Assembly: GCA_038087875.1 (NCBI GenBank)
Contig: CM075990.1
Span: 17,238,001-17,302,000 of the forward strand
Length of the DNA stretch: 64,000 nucleotides
Direction of reading: 5' to 3'
Source of the DNA: Malacoraja senta
Taxonomy: Eukaryota
The position numbers and the translations under genes are program-made. The notes under the pieces are model-generated. The model did not search any database and had not been told where the DNA came from. It saw nothing but the letters and a program-made list of their open reading frames with translations. Below are positions 48,073-60,983 of the stretch, piece by piece (position 1 is the first letter of the stretch; every line of letters begins with the position of its first letter).

Positions 48073-51000
48073 TTTTTATTTTTTATTTTTTATTTTATTT
48101 ATTAGAAGTACATTAAATTACAACAACAATACATTAGTACTCATCACATATATCTTATTACAATTAATGTACTCCTACATTTTTTAAAGCTAATAAAAAG
48201 AAAAGGTTGAAATTAAGAAAAAAGAGAAAGTGAAGGAAAATAGTGAAGGTGTAAAAACGTGTCAACAGGAAAGAACAGAGACCCTGTAGAAGAGAAATTA
48301 GAGAGAAAAGATTAAGAGATAGACCCTAAAGAAGAAAAAAAGAGAAAGAAGAGAAGAGAGAAAAACAAGTACTCTATTATGAGCATCACGCAAATGGGAT
48401 ATACCAAGATTCTTATGGGGTTGGACAGGCTAGATGCAGGAAGATTGTTCCCGATGTTGGGGAAGTCCAGGACAAGGGGTCACAGCTTAAGGATAAGGGG
48501 AAAATCCTTTAAGACCGAGATGAGGAAAAACTTTTTCACACAGAGAGTGGTGAATCTCTGGAACTCTCTGCCACAGAGGGTAGTTGAGGCCAGTTCATTG
48601 GCTATATTTAAGAGGGAATTAGATGTGGCCCTTGTGGCTAAAGGGATCAGGGGGTATGGAGAGAAGGCAGGTACGGGATACTGAGTTGGATGATCAGCCA
48701 TGATCGTATTGAATGGCGGTGCAGGCTCGAAGGGCCGAATGGCCTACTCCTGCACCTAATTTCTATGTATCTATGTATCTAACTCACCACCTTTCATCCC
48801 CCTTTACCAAGTCCTGACATCGGTAACTTTTTAAAGTACTGTTGCACCTTATGCTTGTAATAGTTCTATAAATGAAGACCACGTCAGATGGAAGTGATCT
48901 GATTTGCCTGCCAGGAGGAGTCTTATCTCTTCCAGGTGTAATGTTTCAAACATGTTTGAAATCCACATGTTTATAGTTGGTATTGGAGCATTTTTCCAAA
49001 ATTTTAGGATAAACTTTATTACAGTTATTAACCCGTAATCAAATAGATTCTTTTGAAACACATTTAGTTCAGGGCTATCTTCCGTTGTTCCGAAGATAAT
49101 CCATTCTGCTTTTGGTGTCAGTTTTATTTTAAATAATTTTGTAAAGATTTCAAAAATTTCAATCCAAAATTTTTGAATTTTCATTTATCGCAAATAGGTG
49201 ATACATTGGGGAAGATTTTTATTAATTTTGTTTTTTGAATAATATAATCTGTGTAAAATTTTGAATTGTATTAAAGTGTGTCTTACATTAATCGAGCATT
49301 TATGCACATTTAATAAATGTTCATTCCACCTTTCCTTTGAAATTTTAATAGCTAATTCTTGTTCCCAGTCTCTTCTAATACCTTCCGTAGCTGGTATTTC
49401 TACATTTAAGATAATATTATAGAAATAAGATATTAAGTTTGCTGATTCAGCTTTTATCTGCATTGCTTCGTCCAGTACATCTGGTGGCATATTATAATGA
49501 TCTTTTGTATATTTTTTCAGATAATCACATATTTGAAAATATTTAAAGTATTGATTGTTTCCCAGATTATATTTTATTTGTAATTGTTGGAATGATAGTA
49601 ATTTTCCAGTTTCATACAAGTCTCCGAGCGTTTTAATTCCTAATCTTTCCCATTGTATAAAAGATTTGTCTATAATGGAGGGTTTAAACGAAGGGTTATT
49701 AACTATTGCGGATAAAAGCGATAGATTTCTTAATTTTAAATTTTGTTTTATTTGTTTCCAAGTTCTAATTGTACTATGTATAATTGGGTTTTTGTTATAA
49801 TTTATATTATTCAGTTTCATTGGTGAGAGGAGGATCGCTCCAATATTACGAGGAGCAATCTTCTCTCTCCATTATAATCCAGTCCACCTGCTGGGCAGAG
49901 TTGTTCATCAGTTGAATCATATTTTTAATATTTACTGACCAATAATAGTACATAAAGTTAGGGAGTGCTAAGCCCCCTAATACTTTAGGTTTGTTCAAAT
50001 GTGTTCTTTGTATTCTATGGGATTTATAATCCCATTTAAAATGAGTAATGTCTGAATCCAATTTTTTTTTTAACTTCTTTGGTAAATATATAGGAATTGA
50101 TTGAAATAGGTATAGAATTTGTGGTAAAAAGATCATTTTTATTGCATTTATTCGGACTACTAAAGACATCGGAAGCGTTTTACCAGAATTTAATTAATGT
50201 ATTTAATTTATTAAGTAGAGGGTTATAATTTGTTTTGAACATGCCTTGATATGTTCTGGTAATTTCTGTAGCTATTTTAAAAGGGAATTTTAAGAGATGT
50301 GTTGAGTCTTTCGGTTTTATTGACATAATTTCACTTTTATTCCAATTTATTCTGTATCCAGAAAAGGATCCAAAATCCTCAATTAGATTTAGCATGTTTG
50401 GTATAGTAATTTGAGGTTTTGTGATGTACAATAATATATCATCCGCGTATAAAGATATTTTATTATTTGAATATTTAGTGTTATATCCATGGATATCTGG
50501 ATGTATTCTAATTTTTTCCGCTAAAGGTTCAATTATAAGAGCAAATAACAGCGGTGATAATGAGCATCCTTGTCTGTTACCCCTTGATAATTGGAATTTC
50601 GAAGATAATATGTTATTAGTTAATATTCTAGCTGTAGGCTTATGATATAATAATTTAATCCATAGAATGAAATTCTCTCCCAATTGGAATTTTTGTAATA
50701 CTTTATCCATATAATTCCATTCTACTTGATCAAATGCTTTTTCAGCGTCCAATGAAATAATTGATAATTCTTGTTCTTCAGTTTTGTGTGAGTGCATTAT
50801 ATTGAGTAGCCGTCTCATATTATTAGATGAATGTCTCTTAGGGATAAACCCCGTTTGATCTGGGTTTATTAATTTACTAATATATTTACTTAATCTTCTA
50901 GCTAATGTTTTCGCTAATATTTTTTAAACTGTATTTAACAAAGCTATAGCTCTATATGAGCCCGGTTCTTCTATATATTTGTCTTTTTTAAGTATTAATG

Positions 51001-51882
51001 TGATCGTTGATTCAGCTAATGTATCAGGTAATATTTGTTCTATTGATACATTTTTTGTAAACGTGGTATAATTTTGTCATGAAAACTTTTATAAAATTCA
51101 TTAGTAAATCTGTCAGGACCTGGAGTTTTTCCATTCTTTAATGAATTTATTGTGTCTTCTAATTCCTTAATTGATATTTGTGCACCCAATTCCTCTTGTT
51201 CCTTCAACTCTAATTTTGAAAGATTACAGTTATCCAAGAACTCTGTAATTTTATTGGTGTCCATTGTCGTTTTGGATGTGTACAAATTCTCATAAAATTG
51301 CGCAAATCTTTTATTAATATCATTCGGAAAAGTTAATGATTTCCCTCTTTCTGATTTAATCTTTTGAATCGTGTGTTCTTTTTCTCGTTTTTTTAGCTGA
51401 CGAGCTAAAAGTTTGTGTGGTTTATCCCCAAATTCAAAGTGTTCCTGTCTTGTAATTTGGAAAAGTCTTATAAATTTGGCTGATAATAATTTATTTAATT
51501 TAAATTTCAGAATTATTATTTTATTATGTTTATCCATAGATGGATCTTTAGCATTATCTATATCCAGTTGCCTAATTTGTTCTTCTAACTGTCTTTGTTC
51601 ATTCTTATTCTTTTTATTTTGAAAAGCTTGGTATGAGATTATAACACCTCTAATATATGCTTTAAAAGATTCCCATAGTAAAGTAGGCGATATATCTGGA
51701 GTGTCATTTATTTCAAAAAAGACGTCCATTTGTTTTTTTAGATATATACTCCCTTGCGGGTCTTTTAGGATTTGAGGATTGAACCTCCAAAACGATTTGT
51801 TCTTAGACATTCCTTCCAGTTTTAAAAAGAAAGTTAGCAGTGAATGGTCTGAAATCGAGTTGGTATGGTATATTGGGTGAAC
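48073..51882 (-). mobile_element. 5'-truncated L1-clade LINE (ORF2 from the end of the endonuclease through RT to the C-terminus), frameshifted, in VSTM4 intron 2
   Basis: ORF pieces carry SDH/WRFN, KTPGPD, SLDAEKAFD, RQGCSLSPLLF and LYADD. A-rich tail. 19-bp TSD CCAAGAGGTGATCAGTTAT at 48054-48072 and 51883-51901. Confidence 0.93.
48398..48780 (+). mobile_element. CR1/HER1 3' fragment inserted into the L1 3' UTR
   Basis: YTKILMGLDRLDAGRLFPMLGKSRTRGHSL... plus a (CTATGTAT) tail, inside the L1 boundaries. Confidence 0.85.
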
Positions 51883-53299
51883 CCAAGAGGTGATCAGTTA
51901 TAATACAAATAATAACTCTACCTTCAAAGACTGTCCAGGTTTGGGTCGTGCTTGGAGGGGCCAGCATTGTCGTGGTCTGCAGTAGGCGCACTGTCAGCAA
52001 ATTAAAGAAACATAAAGATTATTGTGTGAGAATTGGCCACAATTGAGAAAAAGCATAGATCCACTCCTGACGGGCCCCACACTGGTGATGAGACCGATGC
52101 CACCAGTCAGATGACACTGAGCACTGCTGGACATTGGAACAATGAAGGGAAGGACCTCATTGAAACATACAGAATAGTGAAAGGCTTGGATAGAGTGGGT
52201 GTGGAGAGAGCGTTTCCACTAATGGGAGAGTCTAGGACTAGAGGTCAAAGCCTCAGAATTAAAGGACGCTCTTTTTAGAAAGGAGATGAGGAGGAATTTC
52301 TTTAGTCAGAGGGTGGTGAAACTGTGGAATTCACTGCCACAGACGGTTGTGGGGGCCAAGTCAGTGGATATTTTTACGGCATAGATAGATAGCTTCTTGA
52401 TTAGTGCGAGTGTCAGGGTTTATGGGGAGAAGGCAGGAGAATGGGGTTAGGAAGGAGATTAAATCAGCGATGATTGAATGGCGGAGTAGACTTGATGGGC
52501 CAAATTCTCTCTTCTCCCCTTTCCCGTCAGGCAGAAGCTTGAAGGAACCTACCACAAGATTCAGAAACAGCTTGGTCACCACGGTTTCAGAACACTGAGC
52601 AGTCTCTTATTATCTAGGGAGTAGTCAATAATTCTCCTTGCATCCTCATTGGACTCATTGGACTTTTTCTCTGTGACTGTAATGTTATAGTGATGTAACA
52701 CTGTATTGTTCTCTTTGCACTCCCTGTTGTAATTGCGTATGGCTTGGTTGTACGCATGTGTAGCATGATTTGACTGGATAGCAAGCAAACCTTTCACTAT
52801 ATGTTGAAATGCGTGACAATAATAATCTGATACCAATGCCATTTATTCTTGTGTAGGAAGGAACTGCAGATGCTGGTTTAAACCAAAGATAGACAAAAAA
52901 TGCTGGAGTAACTCAGCGGGACAGGCAGCATCTCTGGAGAGAAGGAATGGGTGACGATTCGGTCTGAAGAAGGGTCTCGACCTGAAACGTCACCCATTCC
53001 TTGTCTCCAGAGATGTTGCCTGTCCTGCTGAGTTACTCCAGCATGTAGTGTTTGTCTTCCATTTGTTCCTGCTACAGTTACTTTGCCTACAGAAGAATTC
53101 TAAGGTAAAACCATTTAAAAAATCTATGTTTTTTGCAATGAAAAGAGAATCACTTTGGACAAAATTGACTAAAATAAACATGGATTTGAACCGAACTGCA
53201 AAGAATCACTTTTGATTTCAAGATTAGAAGCAAGTTTAATTATTTTGTCTTCACGTTTCAGTACAGATGCGAGATGTTCAGCATGAAACCTAATCTTAC

Positions 53300-53692
53300 C
53301 TTTCACCTCTGTGGCATTGTCTCCGTTCGATATCGACAGCCACTTCCTATTTAGGTTTGCGATTTCCTGGACTTTGCATTTGTAATGCCCTTCATCAGTA
53401 TTGCGAAACTTGTTGATGATCAATACATAGACCTTGGCTGCACCTTGCTGGAAGAACTGAAGCTCGCAGTGGCCTTCCCTGCAGTTACGAAATGTCTGCA
53501 CATGTCCTGTCCGATTCCGTCTCAGGACCCGTTGGTTGTTGTGCTGTGGGTTTGACAGCAGCCACACCAGGGACAGGTAGCTGTTTCTCCATTTCTGCTG
53601 AGAGACGCGACAGAATAGACTCCCTCGCTGACCCTCGGAGAACTCCACCACCGGCCGCGGGGTGACAACGACACTCAAGGCCACACAGAAAT
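53300..53692 (-). CDS. VSTM4: VSTM4 exon 2, Ig V-set domain: DFCVALSVVVTPRPVVEFSEGQRGSLFCRVSQ...DEGHYKCKVQEI...KW..SNGDNATEVK
   Basis: Acceptor TTACAG|, donor G|GTAAGA, 393 nt, phase 1-1. IgV Cys/Trp/D-x-G-x-Y-x-C pattern plus VSTM4-like CKVQEI..KW..SNG..ATE. Confidence 0.93.
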
Positions 53693-54079
53693 CTGTAACA
53701 TGGTGTAAACATGACAGTCAATATTAAAACATTTGACATGATCCATACATGCTGTCAGATTATATCAATGTTGAGTGGTAATCCACCAGACATAATACCA
53801 ATACTTTGAGTGATATCCAGTAACTGTATCTACTGTCTCTGTATCTCTGTATCGGAGACGAGGAAACACTTTTTCTCACAGAGAGTTGTGAGTCTGTGGA
53901 ATTCTCTGCCTCAGAGGGCGGTGGAGGCCGGTTCTCTGGATGCTTTCAAGAGAGAGCTAGATAGGGCTCTTAAAGATAGCAGAGTCAGGGGATATGGGGA
54001 GAAGGCAGGAACGGGGTACTGATTGGGGATGATCAACCATGATCATATTGAATGACGGTGCTGACTCGAAGGGCCGAAT

Positions 54080-54440
54080 GACGATAGATGGCGCAATGGG
54101 CTAAGTGTTCGGCTGACAACCGGAAGGTAGCCGGTTCGAATCCCGCTTGGAGTGCATACTGTCGTTGTGTCCTTGGGCAAGACACATCACCCACCTTTGC
54201 CTGCGTGTGAATGTGTGTGAATGTGTGTGAGTGTGTGTGAGTGATTGGTGGTGGTCGGAGGGGCCGTAGGCGCAGATTAGCAGCCACGCTTCCGTCAGTC
54301 TACCCCAGGGCAGCTGTGGCTACAAAAGTAGCTTACCACCACCGAGTGTGACTGAGGAGTGAATGAATAATGCGATGTAAAGCACCTTGAGTATTAGAAA
54401 GGCGCTATATAAATCCCATCCATTATTATTATTATTATTA
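54080..54440 (+). mobile_element. tRNA-derived CORE-type SINE with an L2-like tail, inserted in a CR1 3' end
   Basis: A-box TGGCGCAATGG, B-box GGTTCGAATCCC, CORE-like GTGTCCTTGGGCAAGACAC, and tail GTAAAGCACCTTGAG..GCGCTATATAAAT..(ATT)n. Confidence 0.85.
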
Positions 54441-54544
54441 CTCCTGCACCTATTGTCTATTGTGTATTATATATATGTTTATAGATGTAGATATGTAGAT
54501 GCAGATAATTAGATATGTAGATATGTACTGTGGATAGATAACTA

Positions 54545-54547
<3 letters not shown>

Positions 54548-54617
<70 letters not shown>

Positions 54618-54622
54618 TATAT
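54548..54622. repeat. (TA)n microsatellite
   Basis: Directly visible. Confidence 0.95.
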
Positions 54623-57084
54623 ATGGATAGATTGATGGTATATCATGGTCTTCAGATTATCTATCACCTGGTACAGTCATAACTATACCTTCCTTAGGTG
54701 CTGTGTTCAGAACTTTGGGGTGGCACAGTGGAGCAGAGGCAGAGTTACTGCCTCACAGCGCCAGAGACCAGGGTTCGATCCTGACTACGGGTGCTGTCTG
54801 TACAGAGTTTGCATTTTCCCTCTGTGACCGCGTGGGTTTTCTCTGGGTGCTCCGGTTACCTCCCACACTCTATAGACATACAGGTTTGTAGATTAATTTG
54901 CTTCTGTAATTTTTATTAATTGTCCCCAGTGTATGGGGTGATCGCTGGTCGGTGCCGGACTCGGTGGGCTGAAGGGCCTTTATCTGTATACACTGTATCT
55001 TTAAAGACCAAAATCAATGTTCATCTCATTAAATTTCATTGAGTTTTCCTTAGGTTTTTGTCCATTCCTCCTAAAAACATCTCTGCATCTTCTGTAACCC
55101 AGCACCAGGGCCTCACTGATTGTTGCTCTTTTATTTTACATTTAACCTTTGACCCAATTCCAGAGTGTTCCATTTTTGCATGGCATCTTCCCCTGATCCT
55201 GGCGTGTCTGAGCAGATTCTGCTGTGATCTCATTCACTGAGATCTAACGATGCCACTTTGCAGAGACACAAGCATGCCAGAGATTGAGCCTTCCAACTAT
55301 TCGTCTGGATGAGATCCAAGTCCCGGGGCAACGACTGAAACAAAAAGTGCTCGTTCACATTTCCACACAATTCTCAACTTCAATATTATAAAATATGCCA
55401 TGTTTTCCAGCTAATGATTTGGGCAAAGCTTTATAAGGATCAACAACTGTTTTTTTATATTTTCAATTTATATCTTATAGGTGAAACTATTTAACTGTAA
55501 TTGCCTTTTTAAAACGACACAGTCTCACATTTGTTCAGCCACCAGCTTCAATACGATTGTTATGTGACGATTTAATCACTAGATTGAAAACAGCAAGTGG
55601 AATCTAATAAGCCGACTGGGGAAATGCTCATATGTTGAAGATTATGGTGCACTGTCAGGTCAATTTCCTTCGATTAAAATCTTTTTGAACTTGGTTTACC
55701 ATAAAAAACATTCAAATTCTGCCTGATCATTGTCTCTATTTCTTCAGGTGGAGGAGATCTGGTTTATTGACAAATACCATATTCAATATCTACAGGTACA
55801 TGGTAGAGAACATATTGACTCAATGTTTAAGAAGGAACTGCAGATGCTGGAAAAATCAAAGATAGACAAAAATGCTGGAGAAACTCAGCGGGTGAGGCAG
55901 CATCTATGGAGCGAAAGAATAGGTCGAGACCCTTCTTCAGACTGATGTGGGGGGACTCAATGGTTCAGTTTCCTCCCACACTCCAAAGACGTACAGGTTT
56001 GGAGGTTCATTTGGTTGGTTTAATTGTAGACTGTCGCTAGTGTGTGCAGGATAGTGTAAGTGCGGGGATCGCTGGTCAGTGTGGACTCGGTGGGCCGAAG
56101 GGCCTGTTTCCGTGCTTTATCTCTAAACTAAACTATATAAACTGAGGAGTGCAGTAGGTTTAAAATCATGAAGGATTTAAACGTGTTCGTATTCGGAGGG
56201 AGAGATGGGTGTCCTTGTACACAAATTATGTGGACGACGGTCTCATGAGCAATTAGGGAGGAAATGTTCTGTTGCCCTTTATTATAACAGGGCTTGAGTT
56301 CAAGTGTAATGGCATCTGGTTGCAATTATTCAGCGCATTGGTGGGGCCGGATAGGAAACATTGTGTACACCCATGGTCGCTCTAACTGTTCAAAAAATAT
56401 AATTTTATTCAGGAAGCACAGCAAAGGTTCACCAGATTGATTCTGGGGATGGAGGGAGGTTCTATAAAGAGGGACCAAACCGAAAACTCTCCAGAGTTTA
56501 GAAACCAGGACGTGATCTCCTTGAAATCTCCTTCATTCTTACGGGGCCTTACAGGATAGACACAAGGAACTGCAGATCCTGGAATCCTGAACCAAGCACA
56601 AAGTGCTGGAGAAACTCAGCGGGCCAGGCAGCATCTCTGGAGGGAACGTATAGGCAATGATTTGTGTCATAAAAACATAGAAAAATAGGTGCAGGAGTAG
56701 GGCATTCGGCCCTTCGAGCCAGCACCGCCATTCAATATGATCATGGCTGATCATTTAAAATCAGTTTCCCATTCCTGCTTTTTCCCCATGTCCCTTGAAT
56801 CCTTTAGCCCGAAGAGCTAAATCTAACTCTTCTTCAGACCCATCCTCAAAACACCGCCTCTCCATGTCCTCCACAGCTGCTGTCTGACCCGTTGAGTTAC
56901 TCCATCACTTTGTGTTTTGTTCAGGGTAGATCCAGAGTTGATCTTTCCCCTGAAGAATGATTTTACAACCAATAAATTGAAGTTTAAGTGGTGTTTAAGA
57001 TGCTTTTAGATAGGTACATGGATATATAAGGAATGGAGGGATACGGAACATGTGCAGTTGGTGGAGATTAGTTCATCTTGGCAT

Positions 57085-57320
57085 CATGTTCGGCATGGAC
57101 ATTATGGGTCACGTGGCATGCTCCTGTGCTCCTGTTCTATGTTCCATGTTCCATTCTATGTTCCATGTTCATGTTCGGCATGGACATTATGGGTCACGTG
57201 GCATGCTCCTGTGCTCCTGTTCTATGTTCCATGTTCCATTCTATGTTCCATTTCCATGTTCCATGTTGTACATTCCATGTTCCATGTTCCATGTCCATGT
57301 TCCATGTTCCATGTTCTACG
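57085..57320 (+). repeat. Tandem duplication of a CR1 3' tail plus (TGTTCCA)n expansion
   Basis: CATGTTCGGCATGGACATTATGGGTCACGTGGCATGCTCCTGTGCTCC occurs twice, followed by heptamer repeats. Confidence 0.85.
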
Positions 57321-58397
57321 TTCTAACCAGAATCCGGCCCATTCCCCCTGGACAAATTACTCTCAGAGGAAGACCAATCATTGCTTCTCCTCATTTGCAG
57401 ATCTTTTATGAGACTCCAAAAGTTCAGCTGGATATTTTTGGTTCTCAAACAGTAACAGAATTGTTTCAAATACTATTGAGCATTATTTTGTTTAACTTAC
57501 TAGGTAACTGACTGTTGAACTCACTGCAACTTCCAAGCAGTTATGTTTAAGTTGATTTTATTCATTGACAGGGAGGTACGTTACGAAAGCCTGGATACTG
57601 AGATTGAACTGCTTATTCTGATAAATCCTTTCTCAATTGTATTAAACAATTTCATTAATTCCCACGTGAAAAAACAAACATTTATTTGTACCTTCTGCGG
57701 CGAAGAAAGAATGTCTGGGATGGACAGGTTTTGATCAAGTTGGCTGCTTTGTTCAGGCAGTGTGGTGTAGATGGAGTCAATGGTGAGGAATCGGGAACCA
57801 GAGAGCATAGGTTTAAGGTGGGGTGGGAACGATTTGACAGTCAACAGTATTTAATTGTGTAGGAAGGAACTGCGGATGCTGGTTTACACCGAACATAGTC
57901 ACAAAATACTGGAGCTACAATGTTTAATAGTCATGTATACCAACAATGGAAGTATGAAATACTTACTTGCAACAGCATAACAGTCCTGTAATCACACACA
58001 CAGATAATATGTAATGAACATAAATTGTAGTGCATTATCTCTGCGGTTCAGTATTCCATTATCACCCTACTCTTCCAGCAAGGCCCCCTTTTAAAGTGAG
58101 CTCTCTCTATTCTCTGTCCATCCTCCAGCTGGCAAACGTGGCTCAGTCCGGGATGTCTTCAAAAACACAACACTAAGTAAGTCTGTTGCGGAGGCAGTTA
58201 TGTCGTGTGTTGACACAGACGGGGTTTTCACAAGCCGTCCTCAACTTTATCAAACCTGGGTTACTTTCCTTTCAAAAACAAAATGAGGAAAATGTGAAGA
58301 CTGCATTGACCTGGAACAGTGTAAACGTGGAGGCAGCAGGCATGGAACTAAACGACACACAACACCAAACACTCAACTCAACTAGAATTTAGAGGCA

Positions 58398-58803
58398 GAC
58401 AAAAATGCTGGAGAAACTCAGCGGGTGAGGCAGCATCAAAGGAGAGAAGGAATAGGTGACGTTTCGGGTCGAGACGCTTCTTCAGACTGATGTCGGGGGG
58501 GGGGGGGGAGGCGGGAAGAAGAAAGGAAGAGGCGGAGACAGTGGGTTGTGGGAGTGCTGGGGAGGGGAAGGAGGGAGAAAGCAAGGACTACCTGAAATTG
58601 GAGGAGTTATTATTGTTCATACCGCTGGGGTGTCAACTACCTAAGCAAAATATGATGTGCTGCTCCTCCAATTTGCACTAGGCCTCACTCTGGCAATGGA
58701 GGAGGCCCAGGACAGAAAGGACAGGTTCGGAATAGGAGGGGGAGTTGAAGTGCTGAGCCACCGGGAGATCAGGTTGGTTAATGGGAACTGAGCGGAGGAA
58801 ATT
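58398..58803 (-). mobile_element. 5'-truncated Penelope-like element: GIY-YIG endonuclease C-terminus plus pLTR with hammerhead-like core
   Basis: Minus strand reads DLPVAQHFNSPSYS..LSVLGLLHCQSEA*CKLEEQHIIFCLGS*HPSGMN..SNFR*, followed by the abundant repeat. 15-bp TSD TAGAATTTAGAGGCA at 58383-58397 and 58804-58818. Confidence 0.85.
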
Positions 58804-60184
58804 TAGAATTTAGAGGCAAACGCTGGCAAATGGGGGCACGAGGAACAACAGCCACTCATTTACAAAGGTGTCAGAGTATGGAGGATGTGGATAGGTGATG
58901 TTTCAGGTCAGGACTGTTCTTTAGACAGTAGATTGTAATAAGGGGAAGAGAGGTGGGGGCAGGACAAGACTGGCGAGTGATAGATGGATATATACATGTG
59001 AGGGGCTGTGGGATTGCAGGACATTGTGGAACTCCTGCGTTTGGTCAGGCAGAATGTCACTGGGCCTCCAGATGATGGCACCTTTGATCTCCACCTCTCT
59101 CCCACTCCACCCTCTGGCTTCCATCTCTGTTACTTAGAGGCAGCACGGTGGCGCAGCGCCAGAGACCCAGGTTCAATCCTGACTACGGGTGCTGTCTGCA
59201 CGGAGTTTGCACGGGGACTGCATGGGGTTTTCTCCGAGTGCTCTGGTTTCCTCACGCACTCCAAAGACGTCCAGGTTCATAGGTTAATTGAATTCTGTAA
59301 ATTGCCCCTAGCGGGTAGGTAGAACTAGTGTATGGGTGATCGGTGGCTGGCGTGGACTCAGCTGGCAGAAGGATCTATTTCCGCATTGTATCACTGCAGT
59401 TGTAAGTAAAGTCTACTTTGAGGGACCATATTTGATTTGCTGACTAGGCATGTTACTGTCACTGCAAAGCTACAATGAACTGATCAGTTTCAGATAATCA
59501 GCCTTTCTAATGCTTATTGGATATGGTCAGCTCAGTTGCAAAGGCACCAACCTCTAACATTAACTCATTGACCTGATATAAGAACTCTTTTTCTCTTGCT
59601 TTTGGATTCAGAGGGTAGTGGGTGTATGGAACGAGCTGCCAGAGAAGGTAGTTGAGGAAGGTACGAGAATGACATTTACATAACAACATTTAAAAGATAC
59701 TTGGACAGGTACATGGACAGGAATGGTTTAGAGGGATATCGGCCAAATGCAGGCTGTTGGGACGAGTGTAGATGGGGCATGTTGGTTGGCGTGGGCAAGT
59801 TGGGCCAAAGGGCCTGTTTCCATGCTGTGTGATCCTAGGACTCTATGAGGAAAGGAGCTTTACTGATTTAGCCGGTGGACAAAAATGCTGGAGAAACTTA
59901 GCGGATGAGGCAGCATCTATGGAGCGAAGGAAATAGGCAACGTTTCAGGTTGAAACCCTTCTTCAGACTGATGTGAGGGTGGGGGAGGAGTGGGGGGGAT
60001 TTAGCATCTTTATTCTGAAACTACAAGAATTAATAAAATAGTCATTGACGTGTCAATGGTGAGAATGTAGGCAGGATGAGATGCATGGTTTAGGTTAGGG
60101 CAGTAAGCCAGTTAGAGTTTCATCACCAGTACAGACAGGGAGGGCATCCTGGTCCACATGGATCTTCAGTGAGGGCAGTGAGGT

Positions 60185-60308
60185 GGGAGATTGCAACCTT
60201 CAGGTTTTCACTAATGCAATCAACCCGACGTGCACAAACAAATAGATCAAATACAACAAGGTGATCCACAACTTTAAGCTGTGCACGCCATACGCAAGAA
60301 GAAGAAGA
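60185..60308 (+). mobile_element. Retroposon 3' end with CCATACGCAAGAAGAAGAAG tail (Vingi-like)
   Basis: Tail resembles recalled Vingi 3' termini. Family assignment tentative. Confidence 0.5.
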
Positions 60309-60934
60309 GAATGCAATAACAAAATATCGTGCATCAGAATGAAAAGACAGTTCAAACTGGTGGCAGCAGATATCCTTGGTGTTGCACCGTGAGGTTTTGC
60401 ATTCAAGTTACTAAGATGTGCTTCACAACTCAGGGCAACTTTCTCTCGCTTGCACTGTTACAGAAGGCGTTGGCTGGCAGCCAAGTTGATCACAGCCTCC
60501 CTGCTGGTGTGGGGTTGATGGAGGACAGAGGCTTGGATTGATTGATAACAGATGGTGATGGGTATATGCAACACAGAGCTAGCTACTCTATGGTCAGCCT
60601 TGCCCAGTGATGCCACAATCTCCCACATCACTTCCCTCACCCGTGAACGATGAGACCAAGGTGAGCTCAACAAGTCAGTGGAGTGGATGAGGTAATTATA
60701 GGAGAAATCTAACTGCAGTTGGCTCAGATCAACCCTTGTTCTTCAACACTACACTGTCACTGGGGAAACTCCACATTGCTTCAGGAGCTGTTCCATAATC
60801 ATGCTGTAGAGGGTTCGGCATCCTGTTTACTTGGATCCTGTGTGTGAGGACATATTAAACAGATAACATCCTGTTTTCTGAGTGAAAGTCTCGCCCCTCT
60901 GCCAACCGGTGAAGAGCTGTAAAAGATGTCTTAC

Positions 60935-60983
60935 CTGTCGTAAGGAGATGTGCCAACAACAGGACTAGTCCCAGAGAGTGCAT
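60935..60983 (-). CDS. VSTM4: VSTM4 exon 1 coding part, signal peptide MHSLGLVLLLAHLLTT
   Basis: ATG with A at -3, hydrophobic leader, donor G|GTAAGA. 49 nt, phase 1, which fits the IgV exon. Confidence 0.8.

Noticed and set aside
53169..53299. Read-through of the VSTM4 IgV ORF into the intron (secreted isoform)
   Set aside because: A strong GTAAGA donor sits at the exon end, and about 43 open intronic codons can arise by chance.
54085..54150. tRNA gene
   Set aside because: The A/B boxes belong to a SINE head and there is no complete cloverleaf. The same holds for the HE1 heads.
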